Positions 1 to 7,386 of a DNA stretch of 64,000 bases are shown here, one piece after another. The translations under genes and the position numbers were made by a program. Under the pieces are notes generated by a model. It was given only the letters and a program-made list of their open reading frames with translations, had not been told where the DNA came from and did no database searches. Where the stretch lies: sequence record PP456879.1, one strand, 5' to 3'. Every line of letters begins with the position of its first letter. The stretch's first letter is position 1.

Positions 1-76
1 TGACAGTGAAAATATCCAAGTTATTAAAGTATGCGCAGAGTCTATTGTACTCCTATATCCGACTAATGAAAAATAA
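1..76 (+). CDS. 3' end of a plus-strand gene truncated by the window edge (...DSENIQVIKVCAESIVLLYPTNEK*)
   Basis: Open frame from position 2 to TAA at 74-76, followed directly by a GC hairpin. Confidence 0.5.
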   Translation, partial: DSENIQVIKVCAESIVLLYPTNEK

Positions 77-83
77 AGCATTT

Positions 84-112
84 AAGCCCTCATAGGAGGG
101 CTTTTATGTCGT
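84..112. terminator. GC-stem hairpin, probable intrinsic terminator, with TTATGTCGT flank
   Basis: AAGCCCTC-ATAG-GAGGGCTT at 84-103, then TTATGTCGT. Confidence 0.75.
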
Positions 113-690
113 ATGGCTAATATGCTAGTGAATAACGAATAAAATCGATTATAGAGCAAATTAGAAGGTATTAAAGGCATAAAGAAAGTCTATCTCTAGA
201 CTTATTATTTTTAATTAAAAAAAAATATAATCTATACTGTGTCTCCTTTTAGGGAGACAGTATGTATTAGCTAACGCTATTAGAATAATGCTAATATTGT
301 TTATTATTAGAATAAGGATATACCTTCGGTATAGTTTATTATGAAATAAAAGCCCCTACGGGGCGATCCGATTCCTCAGTTCCACATTAGGTAAGATTCA
401 TGAGTAATATTTGATTACCAGTATTACTCAATGATACTGGTAATAATATACTAGATTATTAACAATATGTATTGATCATTCTGATTAAGTCAAATTAGTT
501 AATAAACAAATCAATTATCAACGAGTGATAACGGGTATTGATTACTAGCTAAAGAGATTAATTAGGATATCTACATGAGGAGTCGCTACCCCATGTATTC
601 TGGAGTTTCTCTTTAGCGGGAGACTTAACTCCACTTGGGAGCCGCTTTAGCGGGCGGCTCTCACTTAAACAAAAAAAGAATTCAGATAAG
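113..690. other. ORF-free, AT-rich, highly structured non-coding region (candidate origin or structured RNA)
   Basis: No ORF in the track and none found by eye; several hairpins, an H-type pseudoknot at 401-444 and twin hairpins with identical TTTAGCGG loops at 601-660. Confidence 0.55.
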
Positions 691-691
691 T

Positions 692-711
692 CCCTCTCCT
701 TTAGGAGAGGG
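692..711 (-). terminator. Intrinsic terminator after the 101-aa gene
   Basis: CCCTCTCC-TTTA-GGAGAGGG next to the stop codon at 720. Confidence 0.65.
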
Positions 712-719
712 GTTGTTTA

Positions 720-1025
720 TCATAGGCTTCTCCTTTCGGTTACATAGAACTTCTTCTGATCCATGTCAGTGTATGTTACTATGAAATTGTCGAAGGGGTT
801 GATGGATACGGCTAAACCTGCGTTGTTGACGTATCCTATTGTAGGGCCAGCCCAATAACCAATGAAGTTACCTCTACGATCTCGACATTGGATAACATTA
901 TCGGCTTGCGTTTTCGCAACCGACATGCTATGGGTTGATCCATCGGGTCTCTTGAAAAAGAAACCTACTTCCTGCATTCTGTGCAGGTCAGGGCTAACAT
1001 TGTTAGCGGTAACTGGAATTAACAT
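720..1025 (-). CDS. Hypothetical protein, 101 aa
   Basis: ORF with AAGAGG SD upstream and a hairpin downstream. Confidence 0.75.
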   Translation of the reverse strand: MLIPVTANNVSPDLHRMQEVGFFFKRPDGSTHSMSVAKTQADNVIQCRDRRGNFIGYWAGPTIGYVNNAGLAVSINPFDNFIVTYTDMDQKKFYVTERRSL

Positions 1026-1093
1026 GATTGTTCCTCTTGTTAATCCAAGCCCACTTGGGCGAAAATGTTGAGTATTTTTTACTCAACGGCATA

Positions 1094-1121
1094 TAGCCCT
1101 ACTGTTACAGCAGTAGGGCTA
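1094..1121. terminator. 11-bp stem hairpin
   Basis: TAGCCCTACTG-TTACAG-CAGTAGGGCTA. Confidence 0.55.
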
Positions 1122-1155
1122 ATTCTTTTATTCTTAAAAGTTTAACTGAATAAAT

Positions 1156-1186
1156 GCCCTCTCCCGAAGGAGAGGGCTTATGTCGT
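1156..1186 (-). terminator. Terminator hairpin with TTATGTCGT flank
   Basis: GCCCTCTCC-CGAA-GGAGAGGGC (TTCG loop on the minus strand), followed on minus by ATTTATT. Confidence 0.8.
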
Positions 1187-1190
1187 TAAT

Positions 1191-1466
1191 TTATTTAACC
1201 AGCGATGTTTCCCTAACACGAGAGATGCATAAATAATTACTGTAATCGCTGGGGTCGTACTCATCATACCCTAGACAACTTGTATGAATATATTCAGTAC
1301 TGATATTAATCATATCAAGAGTAATACCATCACCCCATTTCTTAGTTGCCATCTCGATAATATCGGCGATAGTATTGGCTACATAACAATCACCCAAGAT
1401 ATAAAAGGTATCTTCGGTATCATCCGGACGAAAATGACGAATACCATTCTGTGTATATTCACCCAT
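1191..1466 (-). CDS. Hypothetical protein, 91 aa
   Basis: ORF with AAAGAGG SD, followed by a terminator. Confidence 0.75.
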   Translation of the reverse strand: MGEYTQNGIRHFRPDDTEDTFYILGDCYVANTIADIIEMATKKWGDGITLDMINISTEYIHTSCLGYDEYDPSDYSNYLCISRVRETSLVK

Positions 1467-1467
1467 G

Positions 1468-1611
1468 TTAATTATCCTCTTTTCCTTCTTGAGTATGATG
1501 AGTGGGCTCTACCCAGTAAAAATCAATAAACAGATCAACTGGTTTACAGCCAACCATCTCGCTGTCATCGGCCCATTTACTTTCATCTACGATAATTTCT
1601 TCATTAGTCAT
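1468..1611 (-). CDS. Small acidic hypothetical protein, 47 aa (MTNEEIIVDESKWADD...), not in the track
   Basis: Translated by hand; AAGGAGA SD; fills the gap between neighbours. Confidence 0.65.
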   Translation of the reverse strand: MTNEEIIVDESKWADDSEMVGCKPVDLFIDFYWVEPTHHTQEGKEDN

Positions 1612-1650
1612 TTGTATTTCTCCTTATTTACTATAGTAAATATTGTTTAG

Positions 1651-1863
1651 TTACATAGTCCAATTAGTGGCTTCATCAACCATATCAGCTGCTTCTTTAT
1701 CAGAAGCATTCCAGAGTTTATCAGCCCATTCTTTATCCATTTCATTTTGGATATTTTCAAGACGCATGTAATTATGCCATGCCTGACCCAGTCGAAGATT
1801 CTTATTATTTTTGTAATAAATTCCAAACTCACCACGAACTGATGCAGGAATTGAAATAGTCAC
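1651..1863 (-). CDS. Hypothetical protein, 70 aa
   Basis: GTG start overlapping the upstream TGA; AAGGAG SD. Confidence 0.7.
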   Translation of the reverse strand: MTISIPASVRGEFGIYYKNNKNLRLGQAWHNYMRLENIQNEMDKEWADKLWNASDKEAADMVDEATNWTM

Positions 1864-2021
1864 TTTATAATCTCCTTAGTTACTATCTGACGTGCTTCTT
1901 TATAAGAAATATTCGGATTATCATTGATGTATTTAAGAACTTTCTGATGTATAATGTTCTCTCGCTCAGTTAGTTCTTTTACTACTCTTTTAAAATAACC
2001 TGGTGATCGTTTCATAGTCAT
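1860..2021 (-). CDS. Small basic hypothetical protein, 53 aa (MTMKRSPGYFKRVVKELTE...), not in the track
   Basis: Translated by hand; ATGA overlap with the upstream stop. Confidence 0.65.
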   Translation of the reverse strand: MTMKRSPGYFKRVVKELTERENIIHQKVLKYINDNPNISYKEARQIVTKEIIK

Positions 2022-2245
2022 GGTTCTTCGATTAACAAGTTATTTGCCTCGAAAAAGAATGGGGCTGACCAGCTATAATCTGGTTCATTTACCAGTTTTA
2101 CACTGTTCTTGGTTTTGATAATCTTGCGATCATACCGCCAGTTTTGTGGTCCATGTTTAGGAATAGTGTAGTATTCACCATCGGGTAGATTAGTGGCTTT
2201 TTCCCATCCGAGTTCTTTAATACTAAACTTTTTATCAGTTGTCAT
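2018..2245 (-). CDS. Hypothetical protein, about 75 aa (start refined to MTTDKK)
   Basis: AAGGA SD upstream of the ATG at 2245; the track extends the ORF to 2305. Confidence 0.65.
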   Translation of the reverse strand: MTTDKKFSIKELGWEKATNLPDGEYYTIPKHGPQNWRYDRKIIKTKNSVKLVNEPDYSWSAPFFFEANNLLIEEP

Positions 2246-2308
2246 TTTCTTTATTTCCTTGCTGTCATGAAACCACCCGGTGGCCGTATCAAGCTGCGTC
2301 CCCATGGT

Positions 2309-2593
2309 TTATACTGCACGTGGGATCACTGATATCTCAAGAGTCAGATCAGCCGCGTCCAGTAGGTTTACCAGGGCGTCCAGAGAGAACTTGTCAATCT
2401 TGCCTTTGAGAAGATCATTCAATCTCGGTTGCGTAACATGTAGGCGAGCAGCAGCGTCTTTTTGCGGAAGATCCCAGCCCTTTATAGTACGGGTGAGAGC
2501 CCGCATGAGTTGGGAACGGATACGTAGGTTTTCAGTTTCTTTTGTCGAGTCAACTAGTGTATCCCAGACACCGGGAGTGCATTCGTTTGCCAT
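2309..2593 (-). CDS. XRE-family helix-turn-helix protein, HigA-like orphan antitoxin or regulator
   Basis: LPQKDAAARLHVTQPRLNDLLKGKIDKFSLDALVNL resembles the HigA/HTH_37-type signature; N-terminal VWD..D..E.ENLR.RSQLM is typical of that family. Confidence 0.85.
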   Translation of the reverse strand: MANECTPGVWDTLVDSTKETENLRIRSQLMRALTRTIKGWDLPQKDAAARLHVTQPRLNDLLKGKIDKFSLDALVNLLDAADLTLEISVIPRAV

Positions 2594-2600
2594 TTATTTA

Positions 2601-2864
2601 TTACCTCTTGAGGTAAATGCTCGGATAATAAACTACATTATATTTAAAGAAATCACTTACCTTGAATTTTATGTTCGGTGCAGTGATTAGATAACAATAA
2701 TCACCATCAACCATAACGCGTCGATCATGGCTATATACCCTAGGACCATGTAACGGAGAAGTTACATAAATCCCATTGGGAAGATTCCGTAAATCGTCTT
2801 TATTCAGAAACTTACCATTAGGATTTATAGTTAATGGATAACAACCAGGATTAAGTTTATGCAT
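2601..2864 (-). CDS. Hypothetical protein, 87 aa
   Basis: ORF with AAGAGGTG SD. Confidence 0.75.
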   Translation of the reverse strand: MHKLNPGCYPLTINPNGKFLNKDDLRNLPNGIYVTSPLHGPRVYSHDRRVMVDGDYCYLITAPNIKFKVSDFFKYNVVYYPSIYLKR

Positions 2865-2880
2865 ATTTCACCTCTTTTAT

Positions 2881-2905
2881 AAACCACCCTTATATAGGGT
2901 GGTTT
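2881..2905. terminator. Terminator hairpin
   Basis: AAACCACCCT-TATAT-AGGGTGGTTT with T-tracts on both strands. Confidence 0.75.
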
Positions 2906-2911
2906 TTTTTT

Positions 2912-3187
2912 CTATTGACCAATATACGTGCTGGTGTATAATTCAATGGTTGGTTTATGAATGGTCAGATTATATTTCTTAGCTAAATCATCAATATCCC
3001 TGGAACAATCAATGAATTTGCCAGTCTCTCGGTAGCGCATCACCCATGAACCCCGAAATGGTGCATCATCTAATGGATTAATACCATATTCACGACATAC
3101 CACAATTGCTTCATGTCGTGGAGTAGCACCAGTAGTGACAAAGTGATTTTCATAAACTGGGATCATTGATACATCTTTATTGCTCAT
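2912..3187 (-). CDS. Hypothetical protein, about 91 aa; paralogue of 4181..4432
   Basis: AGAGAGG SD before MSNKD; shares the REYGINP..P.RG.WV.R...TG.FID motif. Confidence 0.75.
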   Translation of the reverse strand: MSNKDVSMIPVYENHFVTTGATPRHEAIVVCREYGINPLDDAPFRGSWVMRYRETGKFIDCSRDIDDLAKKYNLTIHKPTIELYTSTYIGQ

Positions 3188-3228
3188 AATAACCTCTCTA
3201 AAATTACCTGAAGGGATATGCATGATAT

Positions 3229-3726
3229 TTATTTTTGTTTTTGACTGATCATGGAGGCATTGGTGAAGTAATATAACGCATGTTTCCAATCTTGAGGGTC
3301 ATATGTGCACTTATGAGCAACCACATAATCACCATCAATTTTTTTGAACAAGTTTACCATGATCACCTCATCCATATCAGTCCCGTTATGCACAGTTTGA
3401 TAATTCAGTCTCACCAACATGTCATCTACATTGGTTTTCAACTGGAGACCATCTTTGAAGAAATCACGAACACCATCCATGATTTGTTCATTGCGAGACA
3501 GGATGTTTTCAGAGATCTGTTCGAACATACCCCTTGCACCGATCAAACGTAATTGATCGTAATTGGGTTCACCCATGCAGATGGCCTCATCATCACGATT
3601 ACACATCTTCTCCAGCAGAACGATAGGGTTATAATCCCAAGCAACCCCACCAGTTACAACAGAGGTCAAATAGCCATAGAGACTGAGTTCACTGTCACGC
3701 TCATTTGCAGGAATCATGCGGTTCAT
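3229..3726 (-). CDS. Hypothetical protein, about 165 aa
   Basis: Start refined to MNRMIP with AGGA SD. Confidence 0.75.
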   Translation of the reverse strand: MNRMIPANERDSELSLYGYLTSVVTGGVAWDYNPIVLLEKMCNRDDEAICMGEPNYDQLRLIGARGMFEQISENILSRNEQIMDGVRDFFKDGLQLKTNVDDMLVRLNYQTVHNGTDMDEVIMVNLFKKIDGDYVVAHKCTYDPQDWKHALYYFTNASMISQKQK

Positions 3727-3761
3727 AATTAACGATCCTCGTATTGGTGTTGCAGCATAGC

Positions 3762-4145
3762 TCAGCAAGTCTCTTGAGCTTTCTCAAAACTAGCCATCGA
3801 GCGGGTGCGCGCACGCTGTAGAATAGACAAGCCGTATTTTTTGAACTTCTTCTTGTGGATGAAACCAAGGCGTTCGTAGATGAAGTCTTTACGGTCGGCG
3901 CGAGGTTTACCATCAGCTACGATACCACGGTCGAAAAGAGCCCAGAACAGAGCGCTTTCATCATGCAGGTAGTTGGCCATTTCCTGAGGCCACTGAACTG
4001 CGCATAGAGCAACGATTTGTTCAAGTAAACCACTATCTGAGATGGCATAGTACTCACGACCCTGAACATAGTTCATTTTGTCGAAGTTGCACATAGCCAG
4101 TCTGCCAGTACCCTGGTTGATTTTCTTTTGAATGTGTTCGTTCAT
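3762..4145 (-). CDS. Hypothetical protein, 127 aa
   Basis: ORF with AATAGG SD; visibly more GC-rich than its neighbours. Confidence 0.8.
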   Translation of the reverse strand: MNEHIQKKINQGTGRLAMCNFDKMNYVQGREYYAISDSGLLEQIVALCAVQWPQEMANYLHDESALFWALFDRGIVADGKPRADRKDFIYERLGFIHKKKFKKYGLSILQRARTRSMASFEKAQETC

Positions 4146-4180
4146 GGTTTGACCTATTTTCAGATTTGGATTAATTATAG

Positions 4181-4432
4181 CTAGACGAAGGTATTGCGTT
4201 CGAATTGGATGGAATTACGTTCAACAATATCGTTGAGGTATTTATCATTGTCGATAAATTCCCCAGTGAGCATGTTACGCAGAACCCAGTTCCCCCGAAG
4301 TGGTATACCGCTGTTAGGGTTGATCCCGTATTCACGCATCAAAATCCGACGATTGTGGTCAACACCTGGCTCCATGTAAGATTCACTGATAAAACATTCC
4401 ACCATGTTGATAACTTCTTTAGATTCGCTCAT
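4181..4432 (-). CDS. Hypothetical protein, 83 aa; paralogue of 2912..3187
   Basis: AAGAAGGA SD; REYGINP motif. Confidence 0.8.
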   Translation of the reverse strand: MSESKEVINMVECFISESYMEPGVDHNRRILMREYGINPNSGIPLRGNWVLRNMLTGEFIDNDKYLNDIVERNSIQFERNTFV

Positions 4433-4503
4433 TGACTTATTCCTTCTTTTGCAGGTATTATGTAATACGATAATGGATTATGGCTTTAACCATCAGATCC
4501 TTT

Positions 4504-4926
4504 TCACGCAGTTGGTTTGAATGGATTTGCACTACGACTACGTTTTTGATATGAAATTAGTGCACCCCATACATTATCGGCTGATACATATTCAGGCATA
4601 GCTTTTTCATCATTGTAACTGACACGGTATGCCTTAGCCACACCTGTGCTATCTACAATGTGAACTTTTTCAATGACAAATGCTTTTCCAGAAGGCCCAG
4701 GGATATGTAATCCTCTTTTAAAAAGTTCTTCAAGAATGCGTTCTAATGCAATTTTAGCATTAGAGTAATCATTATCAAGTGACTTAATACCACCTTTAAT
4801 TTTATTATCTAGGTCACTGAGTGCCTTTTTAAAAACACTAACATCATGATCAAAACATTCGAGAGTGTGATCGAAGTTTTGCATGAGCGCTATTAGTAGA
4901 CCATTAGGAAATACTACTTTTGACAT
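4504..4926 (-). CDS. Hypothetical protein, 140 aa
   Basis: ORF with AATAGGTG SD. Confidence 0.8.
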   Translation of the reverse strand: MSKVVFPNGLLIALMQNFDHTLECFDHDVSVFKKALSDLDNKIKGGIKSLDNDYSNAKIALERILEELFKRGLHIPGPSGKAFVIEKVHIVDSTGVAKAYRVSYNDEKAMPEYVSADNVWGALISYQKRSRSANPFKPTA

Positions 4927-4936
4927 ATATCACCTA

Positions 4937-5293
4937 TTAGTAAACAGTTGGGAACGTTTGTAGGAACCAATCATTAATACGTGTATTAACACTAGCCCCG
5001 TGTTCAGGCGCTACTTTAAAACCAGCGACGATGTCCTGTAACTCTTCAGTGAGTTTGTTGTGTACTTTACCTTCACAATCGATAAAGTCTTCTGCGGTTG
5101 GCATAACCTCAGCGCGAATAACAGAGGCACGCTTAGAAAGCATTGTAAGAATTTCATTAGACACTGAAGCAGCATTACGCAACTTATTGATTTTTACATC
5201 AATAACAGTTTTATGATAGATTTTACCAACTGCACACATTGTAACTGAACCAACAAAAATACCAAGACAGAGTGATACTTTATCAATATTCAT
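4937..5293 (-). CDS. Small protein with N-terminal transmembrane anchor, 118 aa
   Basis: LCLGIFVGSVTMCAVG hydrophobic stretch followed by basic residues. Confidence 0.8.
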   Translation of the reverse strand: MNIDKVSLCLGIFVGSVTMCAVGKIYHKTVIDVKINKLRNAASVSNEILTMLSKRASVIRAEVMPTAEDFIDCEGKVHNKLTEELQDIVAGFKVAPEHGASVNTRINDWFLQTFPTVY

Positions 5294-5354
5294 TTTGTAT
5301 ACCTATTTACGTTTATTGAAGTGATTAAAAAATAATACGATGTAGAAAATAAAA

Positions 5355-5372
5355 GGGAGTCCGAAGACTCCC
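5355..5372 (-). terminator. Intrinsic terminator
   Basis: GGGAGTC-CGAA-GACTCCC; TTTTATTTT follows on the minus strand. Confidence 0.8.
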
Positions 5373-5380
5373 ATTATCAG

Positions 5381-5821
5381 TTACACATCTGACACATCAT
5401 CGAACAGATCAAGTTGTTTCCGATTACGTCGTTCTTCTTCTTCGATACGACGATTCTCTTCTTCAATCTCTTTCTGCCGTTTGACAAGCCTCCTGTGCAG
5501 ACTCATTTGCCATGCAGTATCATAACGGCATCGCACTGATTCAATATATTTAAGCCCTACTTCATTAATGCTCTCAAGAAGATCCAGTGACACAAGTGTC
5601 TCCTTGGATGCATTAATGCTAGCCTTAAGATAATGGGCCATTGCTGTTGCTGGATGGAACGGTAGTTTATCGACATCCATGGTCTTTTGATAAGCTTTCA
5701 GTTTATGGATAATAATTCGTCCATAATAGAATTCATAGAGTTTTTCTCTAGAATCCCAAGCAAGCTTACCGAGTACGGCTCCACTTACCATCCCTAATGT
5801 AAGAGATAGCTTAGAGTTCAT
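5381..5821 (-). CDS. N-terminally membrane-anchored protein with charged coiled-coil C-terminus, about 146 aa
   Basis: Start refined to MNSKLSLTLGMVSGAVLG with AAGGA SD; E/R-rich tail. Confidence 0.75.
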   Translation of the reverse strand: MNSKLSLTLGMVSGAVLGKLAWDSREKLYEFYYGRIIIHKLKAYQKTMDVDKLPFHPATAMAHYLKASINASKETLVSLDLLESINEVGLKYIESVRCRYDTAWQMSLHRRLVKRQKEIEEENRRIEEEERRNRKQLDLFDDVSDV

Positions 5822-6128
5822 TGTTAATTGCATCCTTAATCCAGTTACGGATTTTTGATTTAATTCGATGTTTATCACTGATGGTGTTAAACATATCCAA
5901 TCCATCATTAATAACGTATATAAGCTCTACTTCAATAAAGTCCGTCATTACTTCCACGGTGGTATTATCTGAATTAGATTTGATATAATCGGAATAGTCC
6001 TTTACTTTTTCACGGATATTCTTTTCTAATTTAATCTCATTATAAACAGTCACACTGACTTCGAACACATAGATGGTACCAGCCAGCATGAGACCAGTTT
6101 TTACAACATTACCGATAATGGAAAGCAT
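5811..6128 (-). CDS. Small protein with N-terminal hydrophobic segment, 105 aa
   Basis: AATAGGA SD; TGLMLAGTIYVFEVSVTVY. Confidence 0.8.
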   Translation of the reverse strand: MLSIIGNVVKTGLMLAGTIYVFEVSVTVYNEIKLEKNIREKVKDYSDYIKSNSDNTTVEVMTDFIEVELIYVINDGLDMFNTISDKHRIKSKIRNWIKDAINNEL

Positions 6129-6173
6129 GATAATATCCTATTAGTTAATGAATGTAGATTTATTTTGATTATA

Positions 6174-6335
6174 TTAAAACTTGATATTTAGAACACGTTT
6201 AGCTATTATAATACCAACATATACTCCTAGTGCTATCTCCGCATATTTGGTGATGACGTTTTTAATCTTCTTATGTTTAGGTGCCTCGGGCACATCCGCG
6301 ATAAGTTTTTGAAGTTTAACTTTATCAATATTCAT
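6174..6335 (-). CDS. Small protein with C-terminal hydrophobic segment, 53 aa (start refined to MNIDKV)
   Basis: AAAAGGA SD; EIALGVYVGIIIA. Confidence 0.65.
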   Translation of the reverse strand: MNIDKVKLQKLIADVPEAPKHKKIKNVITKYAEIALGVYVGIIIAKRVLNIKF

Positions 6336-6443
6336 TTGTATTTTCCTTTTTACGATTAATTGAAGGTTTAACAAACTCATTCAAATATAATTTTATTATC
6401 GTAATTATATTTGAATGGGGCCTCAGTGAGGCCCTATCCATTT

Positions 6444-6782
6444 TTACATCTTACGAACTGTATCGAATACTTGATTCGTATAGTCATCGCCATAAATGAT
6501 CGACAGCTTATTACGAATTACATCCAGTCGATGTTTTTCAATATTGCTCTCAGCAACAGCACTATCCATTGTCTCAGTCATTGCAGCATTGACGAACATC
6601 ATGAACTCATCTGATTCACCATACTCTTTTGAAATACTTTTAAACTGATCCCTGAAACCCATGAGTTTGTCAAAGTTGGCTTTAGTCTCTTTAGCCTTCT
6701 TGTAGATAACATACCCAGTTCCAGCCAGTGATGCAGTGGCCAGAAGAAAAGATACACCTTTTGCAATCGTATTGAATTTCAT
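6444..6782 (-). CDS. N-terminally membrane-anchored protein, 112 aa
   Basis: AATAGGA SD; VSFLLATASLAGTGYVIY followed by KKAKETK. Confidence 0.8.
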   Translation of the reverse strand: MKFNTIAKGVSFLLATASLAGTGYVIYKKAKETKANFDKLMGFRDQFKSISKEYGESDEFMMFVNAAMTETMDSAVAESNIEKHRLDVIRNKLSIIYGDDYTNQVFDTVRKM

Positions 6783-6816
6783 AATAAATATTCCTATTTA
6801 CTAATATTAAAACTAT

Positions 6817-7263
6817 TTAATAGTTTCTGAAATGTTCACAAGTCGTTACTTCTTTCAGTCGTTTGATGATGTAATCTCGACTTTTATTGAATTGAAGTTT
6901 CTTTGCGTCATCCAGTTCATCCCATTGTGTAATTCTGGCCAGTTCAGGAACATTGTCATATTTTGCTTTGTTAAGTTTTTTAATCATGTCCCATACATAG
7001 CAACCTTCGATAAACCACAAAAGACTCGTGTATGTATCCTTGTCAATTAAATTTACTCCATAAAGACTAAGGTCAACCTTGGCTTCTTCTGCCATTTTAA
7101 TGGTTTTCTTATAATTATCAAATACATTGTGGAGGTTATGCTCTTCGCCACCGCTATCACAGTTTTCAATAGCTTTCATCAACTCCGGAAATGTATCACT
7201 ATAGAACTTGATCAATTTACGAGTAATCGCCTCTTGCACTTTCTGCTTTTTAGTCTTTGCCAT
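6817..7263 (-). CDS. Early hypothetical protein, 148 aa
   Basis: First gene downstream of the TATATTAC promoter at 7322; AATAGGTG SD. Confidence 0.8.
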   Translation of the reverse strand: MAKTKKQKVQEAITRKLIKFYSDTFPELMKAIENCDSGGEEHNLHNVFDNYKKTIKMAEEAKVDLSLYGVNLIDKDTYTSLLWFIEGCYVWDMIKKLNKAKYDNVPELARITQWDELDDAKKLQFNKSRDYIIKRLKEVTTCEHFRNY

Positions 7264-7321
7264 TTTATTTCCACCTATTTACATTAAGTTGTATGATAAT
7301 GTTTACAGTATTGTCACAAAT

Positions 7322-7340
7322 GTAATATACTGTTTAAAAT
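7322..7340 (-). promoter_or_regulatory. phiKZ-type early promoter
   Basis: Minus strand ATTTTAAACAGTATATTAC; TATATTAC is the reported phiKZ early promoter core. Confidence 0.75.
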
Positions 7341-7351
7341 GGTTTGAATAT

Positions 7352-7381
7352 ACGACATAAAGCCTTCCCCTGAGGGAAGGC
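7352..7381 (-). terminator. Terminator hairpin with ACGACATAA flank
   Basis: ACGACATAA-A-GCCTTCCC-CTGA-GGGAAGGC, 5 nt from the macrodomain gene stop. Confidence 0.75.
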
Positions 7382-7386
7382 CAATG

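Noticed and set aside
361-390. tRNA-like GATCCGATTCC...CCA segment
   Set aside because: No acceptor stem, D arm or anticodon arm can be built, and the T-loop lacks TTC.
5822-5908. Upstream in-frame starts given by the ORF track for several genes (e.g. 5908, 3289, 6380, 8432, 46748, 56407)
   Set aside because: Downstream ATGs have clear SD sequences and avoid long overlaps, so the shorter starts were used.
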